Positions 1 to 12,304 of a DNA stretch of 64,000 bases are shown in pieces. Source of the DNA: Malacoraja senta (taxonomy: Eukaryota). The stretch is taken from contig CM075990.1 in NCBI GenBank assembly GCA_038087875.1, positions 6,698,001 through 6,762,000 of the forward strand. The letters run 5' to 3'. Numbering within the stretch: position 1 is the stretch's first letter; every line of letters starts with the position of its first letter. A program made the position numbers and the translations under genes. Below the pieces are notes generated by a model, which worked only from the letters and a program-made list of their open reading frames with translations, searched no databases and was not told where the DNA came from.

Positions 1-266
1 CCAGGCTGACCATTGATCATCCGTTCACACGAGTTTAATGTTATCCCACTTTCCTATCCACTCCCTACACATGAGGGGCAATTTTACAATGATCAATCAA
101 CCAACAAATCTTTGTGGGGGGAAGCCAGAACACCCAGAGGAAACCCACACAAGTCAAAATGAGGACGATCAAACTCCAAATACAGACTGCAGCCGAGTTC
201 AGGATCGAACCGGGGTCTCTGATGCTGTGAGACAGCAGATCGATCAGCTGCACCACTGTGCCACCT
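1..266 (-). mobile_element. tRNA-derived HE1/V-SINE-like SINE, cut by the window edge
   Basis: Reverse complement of the family head (ggtggcacagtggtgcagctg...gttcgatcctga) with pol III A/B-box-like motifs. Confidence 0.8.
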
Positions 267-397
267 GAAGGGTGGATTTTTCAGGCGGGTGCCCTGAGCA
301 GAGTTTGTGTTCGATCCAGGTACATCACATCGCTCCTATTTCTCAGCATGAAGAAGGCGTAGGCTCCCAGCTTTTGCATTGGGAGCAGCAACCTATT

Positions 398-745
398 GGT
401 ATTTGTTTATTATTGTCATGTTTACCGAGATACAGTGAAAGACTTTGCTTGCATGCTGTCCAATCAAATCATATTATACATGAGTGCAACAAAAGCATAC
501 ACTTGTAAAACAGATAGTGAAACTAGACTGCGGAATATAGTGTTGCAGTACGATGGTGTTACAGTTACAGATAAAGTGCAGACAAAAAAAGTGTAAGGTC
601 TGAAATAAAGTAGTTTGGAAAATCAGGACTACACCCTAGGTTATAGAAGGACCGTTCTGTAGTCTTATAACAGTGGGGAAGAAGCTGTGCTTGAATTTGG
701 TCGAACGCGCTTTCAAGCTTTTTTTATCTTCTGCCTGATGGGAGT
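398..745 (-). mobile_element. Rex-Babar/Rex1-like LINE 3' fragment
   Basis: Reverse complement resembles the ORF end (...SFFPTVIRLQN) and 3' UTR (tttcactgtatctcggtaaacatgacaataataaa) seen at 12707-13180. Confidence 0.65.
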
Positions 746-1255
746 ATGGAGACGTTTACCTCTCAATATGATAATAGAAAATTCTGGAAATACCCAATAG
801 TTCCACGGACTTGTTAATCCTGGCCAAATTGTAGAGGCTAGGACCCTAAAATTGAGTAAAGGCTTCTGGGCTGCTAGGCCATTTGGCCAATTTAAAAGTG
901 CTTTCTGTAGAAATGGGACAATCTGCAGAAAGGTGCCAGTTTGTCTACAGCCTAGATTAGAGTTGCAGGAAGAGAATGGGGACATCTGCAGACCATGTCA
1001 ATTAGGTACAAAATGCATAGAATGGATTGAATGAATGCAAAACAGACATACTAATTGTATATAATGTTGCAAAGCTTTACCTTGCTGGATGTTGATTGGA
1101 TTAAGTATTGAGCCTTGTCTGGTTTTCTTGCATATCAGGGCACACGTTGCGATGTTTGTTTCCTCTGAGAAACACTGTTTGAATACACTGTATTATTGGG
1201 TTAGGGAAATGTCTGTCATGTATGGGGTTAATCGATATCTGTTATTGGATTGTAA

Positions 1256-1563
1256 TGGGGCTGTCCCACTGTACGAGCTAATTCAAGAGTTCTCCCGAGT
1301 TTCCCCTGATTCGAACTCGGAGAATAGCCGCTCGTAGGTACTCGGGGCTCTCGAGGACATTTTTCAACATGTTGAAAAATCTTCACGAGTCTTCATGAGC
1401 TTACCGTGTTTCCCGAGTACCTGCTGTTAACATTACGAGCCGCTAAGAGACATCCCGAGCTCCGACGTACCCGCTACGTACATTCTACGTGCTTACCACG
1501 AGTTTGATTTTTTTTAAAACTTGGGAGAGCTCTTGAATTACCTCGTACAGTGGGACAGGCCCT
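1256..1563. mobile_element. PIF/Harbinger-type MITE
   Basis: About 45-bp imperfect TIRs (ggggctgtcccactgtacgagctaattcaagag / ctcttgaattacctcgtacagtgggacaggccct); TAA on both sides (1253-1255, 1564-1566). Confidence 0.85.
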
Positions 1564-2423
1564 TAAAGAGACCACCCCCATGTGGTTCGGCCCCTCAAGG
1601 TTCGGGGACCTGTAAAAGTCCGCTACCACAAGGTCCTGTGTCGATCTTCTGGGAGAACGTTTGGGACTGCATGACCTTCCGGAGTGTCTCTGTTTGAGCG
1701 AGGCCAAGAGAGCTTGATCAGGCAGATACGAGGATCGAACCTGTGGTGGTTAGGTACAGTAGTTGAACTGTAATAGTGTTTTGTCAAAATAAAGTTTAGA
1801 TGCGCAAGTGCTTGACTCAATGATTTTTGACTGAAACTAGACTGGGGGGAAGCTTAGAACGAGCTATTTACAGACATGGATTCAAAGATTTCAGCTAATG
1901 ATCCCATCAGAATTGCGAAAATGAAGAAATGGAAAGTCTCATTGTCTAGCTGTAATTATTAAAATTAATACTATGGTGCGCATAGTGATGTTAGTAGTAC
2001 AGTGAGCAATGAACATTTTAATCAAGAGTTCAACTCTGTTCCTGTTTGCTTGGGGAGATGGTCTCACCCCAGTAGAGATGATATCTGGATGGGTTTCAAT
2101 AACTTCAATCTTGCAGCTACCTTCCCTCGCCTTCACATCAGCCTGGCTGTTTAAAATGTTTTCGCTCCTTGCGCAGGAGTTCAGACAGGGAGACTAATTG
2201 CCCTGTCATGTCCACATCGCCTGAACTTTGTGTTTTGGATAATGGGCCTTAATCTCACTGCCATTGCTGCCGTTTTTAAGTCCCTGTTCTCTTATTACCA
2301 GTAAATTTTCTGTGACCATTATAAATCGAGAGTTAATCAGCAGTATCTTTGCGGAATAATGTACAGCGTGTTAACATGTGATGGCAGACGTTTAGCTGTT
2401 CCCTGTTGTTGATATATCTACGT

Positions 2424-2550
2424 GAAGGAAGAAACTGCAGATGCTGGTTTGCATTGAAGATAGACACCAAAATGCTGGAGTAACTCAGCGGGTCCAGGTA
2501 GCATTTCCGGTGAGAAGGAATGGGTGACGTCTTGGAGCAAGACCCTTCCA
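2424..2550 (-). mobile_element. Penelope-like terminal repeat fragment
   Basis: gaaggaagaaactgcagatgctgg...gacaccaaaatgctggagtaactcagcggg...ggtgacgt family sequence. Confidence 0.65.
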
Positions 2551-2926
2551 CTCTGCAAATATTGGCACACTCATTTTGTCTTGCTGCTCCCTTATTCTGT
2601 CCTTCCGTAACACACGGAAGTCTTTATCCTGCCACGATTCTCTGCTGCTCACCACCTGTCTCAGTTCAGTTGCTCGGCCAGATTTTTGGCCCCCTTCCAT
2701 TCATTGTTCGCTGCTGTTCTTCAGAGACCTCTCTTGCTCTTCCTTCTCGGTCACATCCTGATTTCTCACTGTGGGACTCCGGTGTAAGCGATGACTCACT
2801 CCGATGCATGGGGCTATGGGATTACAAGAGGTCATATCACTGCATACATAGAGCTATATATCATGTTCCATTTCAATGCACCAATGTCTGCTTAAACCAA
2901 AAATCCCCAAATATGACAAACAAGGT

Positions 2927-3307
2927 CGGCACGGTGGCACAGCGGTAGAGTTGCTGCCTTACAGTGCTGCGCTATGTAGGTTCGATCCTAACTACGCCGA
3001 AAAAATTGCCTAAGTGGGACAGGGGCTTTACTGCCTTACAGCGCCTGAGACCTGGGCTAATTACGGGTGCAGTCTCTACGGAGTTTGTACGTTCTCCCCG
3101 TGACCTGTGTGGGGTTTTTTGGGTGCTCCGGTTTCCTCCCACATGCCAAAGACGTACAGGTTTGTCGGATAATAGGCTAGGTATAAATATAAATTGTCCC
3201 TAGTGTGTGTACGATAGAGATAATGTGTGGGGATCGCTGGGCGGTGCGGACTCAGTGGACCGAAGCGCCTGTTTCCGCGCTGAATCTCCAAAGTAAACTA
3301 AACTAAA
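2927..3307 (+). mobile_element. HE1/V-SINE-like SINE with duplicated head and an embedded MITE end (about 2995-3027)
   Basis: Head ggtggcacagcggtagagttgctgcc, body ggagtttgtacgttctccccgtgacc, (taaac)n tail; cctaagtgggacaggggct MITE terminus inside. Confidence 0.85.
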
Positions 3308-3565
3308 AAGTTATAATCTGAAAATATTAACATCTCATGGGGTGTCTTTTTGTTACACTGAACATTCAAAATATATTGCTGTGTCAGCTGGAAGAAATAG
3401 CATCTAATGAATAAAACGTTGGTGACTGATTAAAAACAATGTTTTAGTAAAAAAGTTTTCTTTCACTCCATTGTATCTATTCAGTTGTGGTATCACATGG
3501 ATTTCTGCTCATCAGGACAAATGACCACTTCATTGGACATCAACTTGCATGAGTAGTTTGCTGGG

Positions 3566-3840
3566 GTGGCACGGTGGCGCAGCGGTAGAGCTGCTGCCTT
3601 ACAATGCCAGAGACCCGCGTTCGATCCTGACTACGGGTGGAGTGTGTACGTTCTCCCTGCGAATGTGTGGGTTTCATCCGAATGCTCAGGTTTCCTCAGC
3701 CGTGAAGGTTTGTAGGTTAATTGGTTTCTGCAAATTTCCCCGAGTGTGTAGGATGTGAAGCTGGGGTAATGTAAAACCAGTGTATGGGCGATCGATGGCT
3801 CTTGCGTTGGTTTCCATGCTGTATCTCTGAACTAAAGCAA
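3566..3840 (+). mobile_element. HE1/V-SINE-like SINE
   Basis: ggtggcgcagcggtagagctgctgcc...gttcgatcc head and family tail. Confidence 0.85.
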
Positions 3841-3844
3841 ACTT

Positions 3845-4036
3845 AGAACGTAGAACGTATAAAAATAATATAGCACAGGAGCAGGCTCTTTTCCCACAAT
3901 GTCTGTGCTGAACATAATGCCAAGATAGTAGCTTTAATCTCATCTGCCTACATTTGATCCATATCTCTCCATTCCCTGCGTCCATGTGTCCGTCCAAAAG
4001 CTTCTTAAATGCCACTATTGTATCATCTTCCACCAC
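3845..4036 (-). mobile_element. CR1 LINE 3' fragment
   Basis: Minus-strand translation DTIVAFKKLLDGHMD is typical of the CR1 ORF2 C-terminus; ttctacg-type tail. Confidence 0.75.
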
Positions 4037-4052
4037 CAATTGTGGGCAGCAA

Positions 4053-4335
4053 TGTGGCGCAGCAGATGAGTTGTTGCCTCACAGCGCCAGAGACCCATGT
4101 TCGATTCTGACTGTGGGTGCTGTCTGCGTGGAGTTTGCAAGTTCTCCCTGTGACCACGTGGGTTTTCTCAGGGTGCTCCGGTTTCCTCCCACATTCTGAA
4201 GACGTGCGGGTTTGGAGGTTAATTGGCTTCTGTAACTTGTCCCCAGTGTGTAGGATAGAACTGTTTTAAAGGTGATCGTTGGTTGGCGCAGACTTGGTTG
4301 GCAGAAGGGCCTGTTTCCACGCTGTATCTCCAAAC
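4053..4335 (+). mobile_element. HE1/V-SINE-like SINE
   Basis: Family head, body and tail. Confidence 0.85.
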
Positions 4336-4707
4336 CATCCCTGGCAGTGCATACCACACATCCATAGCACTAAAAAAAAGACGCCCCACAGATCACTGCT
4401 AAACTCTTCCCCACTCACATAAAGCTATGTGTCTAGTCTTCAACATTTCCACCCTGGACTGTCGATCATACCGATACCAAACTTTCCTTTGCACTATTTT
4501 CATAAGAAAGACATTTTTTTTTCAGGAATTAAGCAGGATTTTATAAAACCTTGGAAATAAATGAGATTTACCTGTTTCTTAGTTCACTGAGTATACTATT
4601 TCCTCTGACCTCTCAGTAGATTTGTGTGCGTGTTGAAAGCTGGAACAAATCTTAAGTGCAATGCCTTGTGTGTGCAGAAGTAGCTGATTTTTGAGCTTTT
4701 GAGAAAA

Positions 4708-5472
4708 GGTTTAGTTTAGTTTAGTTTAGCGATACAGCACGGAAACAGGCCCTTCAGCCCACCGAGTCCACGCCAACCAGCAATCCCTGTACACTAGCAT
4801 TATCCTACACACACTAGGGACAATTTACAATTTGTACCGAAGCCAATTAACCTACAAAACCTCTTCGTCTTTGGAATGTGGGAGGAAACCTGAGCTCCCG
4901 GAGAAAACCCATGTGGTCATGGGGAGAACGAACAAACTTTGTACAGACAGCTCACGTAGTAAGCCTGGGTCTCAGGCGCTGTAAGGCAGTAAAGCCCCTG
5001 TCCCACTTAGGTCATTTTTTCGGCGACTACAGGCCACTAGGCTGTCGCCAGGATGACGCAGGTTGTCGCTAGGTAACGTAGGTTGTCACCGGGTGCTGAC
5101 TTCGGTGAATTCCATTGGCGACTACCTACGTCAACTTGCGACGGGTACCGGCAACTGAATTGTCTTCAGTTGTCTTCAGTTGTCGCCGACAGGGTCGTTG
5201 CTTGTCGTAGCTTGTCGCGGGTGGACATAGGTTGACTTTGGTTGTCGTAGGTTGTCGCCTGTGTGGTCGTACGTGGACGTCCTAATGGGTCGCCGGTTGT
5301 CGGTAGCTTGCCGTAGCTTGACGGCGATTAGGTGGTAGCTTGTCATAGACATTGTCGTAGGGGGGGCCCAGTTGCTGCTTTTTCGGCGACCTGCTATGAC
5401 TGTGACAGTCGCCAGCAGTGGCCGAAAAGATCGCCTAAATGGGACAGGCCCTTAACTCTACTAATGCCGCCC
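4708..5472 (-). mobile_element. HE1/V-SINE-like SINE interrupted by a MITE
   Basis: (gttta)n tail at about 4710; head aggcagTAA|ctctac is split by the MITE. Confidence 0.85.
4993..5452. mobile_element. PIF/Harbinger-type MITE with CpG-rich gttgtcg internal repeats
   Basis: TIRs agcccctgtcccacttagg / cctaaatgggacaggccct; TAA TSD at 4990-4992 and 5453-5455; removing it restores the host SINE. Confidence 0.9.
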
Positions 5473-6500
5473 CTAAATACCGATATTTTCCCCAGTGGTA
5501 CTGTTTGCTATCCAGTAACCACTTCTAGAGGTGCATGGGTGCATGTTTAAGATAAGGTCACACCCAACAGTAATGCATCATGTGGCTAGATTTCCAGCTG
5601 GTGCTCATTGTCAGGCTCATGTGTAAAAGATGAGCAGTAGGGCAGGGTGCCAGAAAACATGCAGCATCTGTGGTCCTGTTCCAGGCAAGGAGACACACAT
5701 ATTCGAGAAGGAAGATTGAAGAAGGGAGAGGTGAGACAAAATGTATCTCATTTTGTTTGCAAATCTCAAGATCATAAGATAACAATTGCAAACCTGTTTG
5801 CAATCATTGCACAAACATGTAATGTTTATTCACCACAAATCAAGAAAAACACACTCGAGCATTTGCACAGATAGATGTGTATTTATGTAGTGTATTCCCT
5901 GTCCCTGTAAGTTCCAAAGCACTGCCTATTTATTTTAAAGAGTAAGCATTATTGCAATGTAGGAACACAGCCAGCAAATTTGCACAGCTATATGTCCAAT
6001 CAATTAATTCCACTTTGGTGATGTTGATCGAGAGATAAAGTTTAGAAATGGAGACATTTCCAGAGATGCTGCCCGACCCATTGAGTTACTCCAACACTTT
6101 GTGTCTGTCTTTGGTGTAAACCACCATCTGCATTTCTTTGTCTATCTGAGAGATAAACTTTGAGTGAAACATCACGAGAACTCCCTTGTACATCTTCATA
6201 CAGCAACATGCAGGGTTTTACGTCCATTTGGACGACAGGCTGTTGGTGACCTGGTAATGCGAGTTTGTCACTTCTTAAACCATTTACTTCAATGGGCTGA
6301 AAATCCATTGATACCAGCCGCTGATCCATGCAGTGCAGAGGAACAATGAGATAAAAATTGCAGACACTTGAAATCAAAAGAGGCCAAGTGCACAGCCAGA
6401 CACCTCTTTTGGAAAATGAGCCAGGAGAATTGTAATAACAAGAAACTGCAGATGCTGGTTTATACTAAAGAAAGTGACAAAGTACTGGAGTAACTCAGCG

Positions 6501-6899
6501 TTGGGTGGAGTTCCCCCCGCCACGGGTACCATGTAATCCCGTGCTACCTGCTCCATGGTCGGATAGTCGGCGACTAAACCGTCTCCCCCACCTGGTTTGC
6601 CAGGTGAGGAGGGGGCTGTGGACCCCCAGCAGGACCAATAACAAGATCTGTCAAAGGGCGGATGAGCTTCTAGCGAGCCAACGGCCATCCACACTTCAGT
6701 AGAAGTTGCGATCACTGTCATACACAGCATTGTAAGGAACGATGATAAAGCACACACACCAACATCCTATACTTCCAGCGGCGGAAGTCCGCAGGAACTG
6801 GAGAACAGATGTGTGGTGCATCCGTCACTGTTCCCATTGGAAACCAGCACCACTGCAACGCTAATGTTTTCAACGATGATGATAATGATGATGATGATG
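6501..6899 (+). mobile_element. About 400-bp non-autonomous retroposon with (GAT)n tail, probably RTE-derived
   Basis: Perfect 9-bp TSD aactcagcg (6492-6500, 6900-6908); (gat)n tail; no coding capacity. The RTE link is inferred from tail and UTR style. Confidence 0.7.
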
Positions 6900-7034
6900 A
6901 ACTCAGCGGACTAGGCGGCATCTCTGGAGAACATGGATAGGTGACGGTTCAGGACGGGACCCTTCTTCAGACTGAATGTGAAGGGGGGAGCGGGAAGGAA
7001 AGCTGTGGAAGAGGAGGCGCAGGACTGATCGTGG

Positions 7035-7270
7035 CTGGAGAACACTGGTGAACACTGGTGAACATTGGTGAAACTGGTGAACACTGGTGAACACTGGTGA
7101 ATGGTAAACAGTGGTGAACACTGGAGAACACTGGTGAACAGTGGTAAACAGTGGTGAACACTGGAGAACACTGGTGAACATTGGTGAAACTGGTGAACAC
7201 TGGTGAACACTGGTGAATGGTAAACAGTGGTGAACACTGGAGAACACTGGTGAACACTGGTGAACACTGG
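7035..7270. repeat. 10-bp minisatellite (aacactggtg)n
   Basis: Directly visible; variant block repeated at about 116-bp spacing. Confidence 0.95.
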
Positions 7271-8511
7271 CAAGTGGGGATTTGAAAGGCAGATTGTTGG
7301 ACGAAGGCCAGAGATGGAAAGACAGGTGTGTGAGCCCAAAAAGGATAAAGAGATGCATATTGTGAAACTGGAAGGTAGAAACAATATGAATTGTGTAGCC
7401 TTTGGAAGGGATGCAGGTGGAGGGGGTGGGGAAGGGGAGAAACCAGTGCAAGGTCAGCCAGGGTTCATGAGAGGGTGGGGGGTGTGGGAATGGGGGGCGG
7501 ATGGAAGTAAAGAGAGGGGAGGTTCCTGGGGGAGCATGCGGAGAGGGAAGGGGCTGTTTGCGGGTAATAAGAGTAATGTTTAACTGCAACATCGAGTGAG
7601 ACCAGTTGACGCAGCAACGTAAACATTCGGTGGATGTTGAGTGTTCTGAGAAGCTGGCAAAGGAGGAAATAAACTCATGTTTCAAGGGCTGAGTTTTATT
7701 ATTCAGCTTCTGCAGACCATTCATGACGAGTTACATTTTGTGAATCAGCCCTTGTTTGTCTAAGGCGAACAAGCAACACCACAGTGCCTCTGCTGCTGCA
7801 GCAAAGTCTACTTCGCTGTGAGGTTACTAATTATAAAGTAAGAGATGAAATTACACGGTTATGTTGTTACTGCAAAGGTTCTCTACTTATCCCAACCCTG
7901 TTGAGGTTTCTCACACTGTCACATTTTCCCTCTGTGTTGCCGGAGCCAATATAACTGATTGGCGTCCATGTTTTGGTTGGGAAACAATAGGCTGATTCAG
8001 TGGAAGTTGTAGTCTGGGTAGAGCTGACTCTAAGTGCTTGGATTCCTTGCATTAACTTGTCTCCTGACAGACTGCACGGACTGCAGCTTCACTCTCGTTC
8101 CTCTCACACAGACAGCTGGCGTCTATCACTGACTTAGAGCCTGAGCGGGTGTCTTTTCAAATGGAGAAAGCCTGATCATGTCTGATTCAGTCGAGAAGAG
8201 ACTCTCTCTCTCGATGTCTTGTTTTGGCTGAAACATTCTTAATCACAGTGTGAACTTCACCCACTGTTTCAGATCGAGATAGAGTCATACAGCATGGAAA
8301 CAGACCCTTTGGCCCAACTTGCCCATGCTGACCAAGATGTCCCATCTACAGTAATCCTATCTGCCTGCAATAGGCTCATATCCCCATAAACCTTTCCTAA
8401 GGACATTTTCAAGATGGATAGCATTGTATATGTCAATAGAAAAAAGGCTGCAACTATTTGTTGAAGTCTTTGTTTTCCCAGTAAGATGAGAAGAGTGACG
8501 CAGCAATAGAG

Positions 8512-9115
8512 TTGCCGTGGCTCTATAAGGCGCTGGCCAGACCGCATTTGGAGTATTCTGAGCAAATCTGGGCCCCATATCTGAGGAAGGATGTGCTGGC
8601 TCTGGAGAGGGTCCAGAGGAGGTTTACAAGAATGATTCCAGGAATGAGTGGGTTTGCATATGATGAGCGCTTGACAGCACTGGGCCTGTACTCGCTGGAG
8701 TTTAGAAGGTTGGGTGGGGGGGGGGGGGGGGGGGGCCTCATTGAAACTTACAGAATAATGAAAGGCATAGATAGAGTGGATGTGGAAAGAATGTTTCCAC
8801 TGGTGGGGGAGTCTAGGACCAGATGTCAGAGCCTCAGAATTAAAGGGCGCTCTTTTAGAAAGGAGGTGAGGAGGAACGTCTTTAGTCAGAGGTAGTTAAT
8901 CTGGGGAACTCATTGGCACAGAGGGCTGGGGGGGCCAAGTCAGTGGATATTTTAAGGCAGAGATAGACAAATTCTTGATCAGAACGGGTGTCATGGGTTA
9001 TGAGGACAAGGCAGGAAAATGGGATTTGGAGGCAGAGATCAGCCATGATTGAATGGCGGAGTAGAGTCGATGGGCCGAATGGCCTAATTCTACTCCTATA
9101 ACATGTGAACCTGTG
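8512..9115 (+). mobile_element. 5'-truncated CR1 LINE inserted in a SINE head
   Basis: LYKALARPHLEY..WAPYLRKDVLALERVQRRFTRMIPG..LYSLEFRRL (CR1 ORF2 C-terminus); SINE head at about 8497-8517 resumes at about 9120. Confidence 0.9.
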
Positions 9116-9119
9116 AATT

Positions 9120-9378
9120 TACAGTGTCAAAGACCCGGGTTTGATCCTGACTATGGGTGCTGTCTGTATGGAGTTTGTACATTCTCCCTGTGATCACGTG
9201 GGTTTTCCCTGGGTGCTCCAGTTTCTTCCCACATCCCAAAGAGGTTCAGGTGTGTAGGTTAATTGGCTTTTGTAAATTGTTCCTAGTGTGTAGGATAGTG
9301 CGAGCATATGGGGATCGCTAGTTGGCGTAAACTTAGTGGGCCAAAGGACCTGTTTCCACGCCGTATCTCTAAACTAAG
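9120..9378 (+). mobile_element. HE1/V-SINE-like SINE (remainder)
   Basis: gacccgggtttgatcctgactatgggtgctgtctg...tatctctaaactaa. Confidence 0.85.
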
Positions 9379-9470
9379 CGCTTATAAAAGGATCTGAGCC
9401 TGAGTGATGAAAGGCAGTTTATCCTTTGGCATATGTTATAGAATTGTGTACCTGACCTGATAATCTTCCC

Positions 9471-9662
9471 GAAGGAGCTGCAGATGCTGGTTTAAACCGA
9501 AGATAGACACAAAATGCTGGAGTAACTCAGCTGTTCAGACAGCATCTCCGGAGAAAAGGAGTAGGTGACATTTCACAAGACCCAGAAAGTCACCCACACC
9601 TTTTGCGCAGACATGCTTTCTGACCCGCTGAATTACCACAGCTTTTTGTGTCTATCTTTGAT
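9471..9662. mobile_element. Inverted pair of Penelope-like terminal repeats
   Basis: agatagacacaaaatgctggagtaactcagc ... gctgaattaccacagctttttgtgtctatct. Confidence 0.7.
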
Positions 9663-10349
9663 AATGCTCCCTCCAGTAATACTGTTAAAATGCTCATGAA
9701 GAAAGTTCAACCAAAGAAGATGGTTAAGACAAGTCCTGAAAATTTTAATCAACCAAACTTTTTTTTTACCAGAAATACAAATAATAATTTTCATTAGGAA
9801 TAGGCCATACTTAATCTGCAATAAGAACGTAATATAAACAAGATCATCATCATAATACACAGTCAGATCATCACTACTCGTTAAACAGTGCAAATTTCTG
9901 AACTGATCTCATTTTGCTTAATTTCCCGAATATCTAAAAAAAATTACCATCAAACACTCTGGTACTAGATGCAATATTGAATTCCAGGCATCTACTAAAT
10001 GGTTTTCTGTAATAATTACTTCCATAAGTTAAAAAATTAAATTACATTTTATGGCTCATCTCAATCTTTACAGCTAGGTGTGAACTCAAGACTTGTAATA
10101 GTTTACTCCACAACAGTGACTACACCTCATAGTCACTTTATTGGCTGTGAATTGTTCTGGGGCATATAAAAGTAAGAGTCTGGCTCTCAATCAGAATAGG
10201 TGGCTGTCCATTTCCCTGCTCGATCTCCTCCAGCACCTCTCTTTCTTTGCTCTTTCTTTCCTTCATTTGTCGGAGACGAGGAATTCAGTTAACAAAACAA
10301 GTTGGCCGTCCTGGGTCTCTTCCATTGGTAAGTCTATACCCGTCAATAG

Positions 10350-10592
10350 ATTACAAGGATCCAAGATGGCGGCAAAAACTAGGCGACGCTTTGCATGCTG
10401 GTCCCAGAAGTGGATCTGCCATCATTTAATACCATCGCTCCACTCTTTTAAATCTTTATTTCTGCACACTGTAAATGACCTGATTGTGATCATGTGTAAT
10501 CGTTTTGCTGAAAGGACAGCATGCAACAAAAAAGCTTTTCCCTGTACCTCAGTACACGTGGCAATAATATACAAAACTAAACCAAACCTAAA
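10350..10592 (+). mobile_element. Short element with caagatggcg head and Rex-Babar-type 3' UTR
   Basis: ccaagatggcggc at about 10361; tail caacaaaaaagcttttccctgtacctcagtacacgtggcaataa followed by taaac repeats. Confidence 0.55.
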
Positions 10593-10782
10593 CCCTGATA
10601 AGGGAGACCCATTCCCCACAGAACTTTACGTGATTTACCCATTTATTTGTCTTCAACCTCCTACCTTCTTTAACCCACATCATCTATGATTTTGCTTGCA
10701 GCTCCCTTTCTCTGGAATTCCTATCCTAAAACTTAGGCATTTCCTTTCTAGTTTGAAGAAGGGTCCAGCTAAAGGGCAGCAG

Positions 10783-11072
10783 AGTGGCACCGTGGTAGAG
10801 TCGCTGGCTTACAGCGCCAGAGGCCCGGGTTCGATCATGACTATGGGTGCTGTCTGTACGAAGTTTGTACGCTCTCCCCGTGACCATGTGGGTTTTCTGG
10901 ACGGGTGCTCCGATTTCCTCCCACACTCCAAACACATACACATTTATAGGTTAATTAGCTTTGGTAAAATTGCAAATTGCCCTAGTATGTGCCAGTTTAC
11001 GGGGTGATTGGCGGCCGGTGTGGACTCGGTGGGCCGAATGGCCTGGCTCTGCGCTGTATCTCTAAAGTAAAG
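10783..11072 (+). mobile_element. HE1/V-SINE-like SINE
   Basis: Family head, body and tail. Confidence 0.85.
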
Positions 11073-11756
11073 TTATTCAACTACTTTGTGTTGTTTTTTT
11101 AATCTTAAAACTTGGGTTGGCAATCTCCTTTCAGCCTCTTTTAAGCCCAGTGCTTTGAACGATTCTTTAAGCTCTCGTTTTAATTTTTCAGTGGCCTAGC
11201 ATCCTTTTTCGGTCAAATTAAGTGTGCTTTTGTATTTAACACTGTAATAAATCAAACAACATTTTTTACGGATATGTGATAGTTGACAAGTGTGCATTCC
11301 AAGCAAAGCTGCTTGACATTCCAAAGTAATGGTGACCATTCTACACTCTCCCTCAAACCCTATGTCCTCCAAGGTAAATAGTTTTGCCTGACCTCTCATT
11401 TGCTGGTCGACACACGAAGCAATCCAATCCAAAATAGTCTGGAGATAGCACATTTTAGCCCATGTTTTCCTATCCTCTTGTCTCTGCTTATAAATTCCCA
11501 AATTCTTGACAGTCTCAGAAGACACCAGGTTAAAGTGTAAGATTTTCACTGTTGCCTCACATAGAGATTTAAATATGAATCACCGATATTTTACATACCT
11601 CCCGATTTAATAGGAACCTGAGGGGCAACTTTTTCCACATGGACGGTAGTGGTATATGGAACGAGCTGCTGGAGGAGGTAGTTGAGGCATGTGCTATAAC
11701 AATATTTAAAAGACATTTCTGTAGATCCATGGATCGGAGAGGTTTCCCTTTCCCCT

Positions 11757-11846
11757 GACTCTCAGTCAGATGGAGGGTCTCGACCCGACTCTCAGTCAGA
11801 TGGAGGGTCTCGACCCGACTCTTAGTCAGATGGAGGGTCTCGACCC
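11757..11846 (+). repeat. 3 x 30-bp tandem repeat inside a Penelope-like repeat nested in a CR1 3' end
   Basis: (gactctcagtcagatggagggtctcgaccc)x3 followed by gaaacatcacc. Confidence 0.95.
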
Positions 11847-12304
11847 GAAACATCACCTATTCCTTTTCTCCAGAGATGCTCTCTGACCCGCTGAGTTACT
11901 CCAGCTTTTTATGTCTATTTAGGTTTATAGAGATATGGGTCAAACACGAGCAGGTGGGACTAGTGTATACGGGGCATCTTGGTCGACATGGGCAAGATGG
12001 GCTGAAGGGCCTGTTTCTATGCTGTATGATTCTATGACTTTAATCACCACCAAAGTGTTATAACATTTTCCTCTGACATTTTGGTGCATTTCTCACTTCT
12101 GTGTCCTGACCTGCTACCTCAACAATACCAATTGGGCCAAGAACATTTCCAACAGAGGGTGAGTAATTGAGTCAATTTGTACCCCGCAATCCCAACAATG
12201 TAGCCACACAACCCATTGCCTGTTCCACTAATAAGTTCTTCAGATTACTTCACGATGAATGCTACTCCATCCAGCACCAACATCTCATCCTCATCACTAA
12301 TGTG

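Larger units (their letters stand above)
6440..7330 (-). mobile_element. Penelope-like terminal region carrying an RTE-like insertion and a minisatellite
   Basis: agaaactgcagatgctgg...ctggagtaactcagcg|gactaggcggcatctctggag...ccttcttcagactg. Confidence 0.65.

Noticed and set aside
6903..7724. 273-aa and overlapping ORFs
   Set aside because: They are produced by the 10-bp minisatellite and Penelope-like UTR.
7944..7962. Inverted CCAAT pair as a promoter
   Set aside because: No CpG island, TATA/Inr or downstream exon supports it.
11757..11846. CRISPR-like array
   Set aside because: These are contiguous tandem units with no spacers, in a eukaryotic context.
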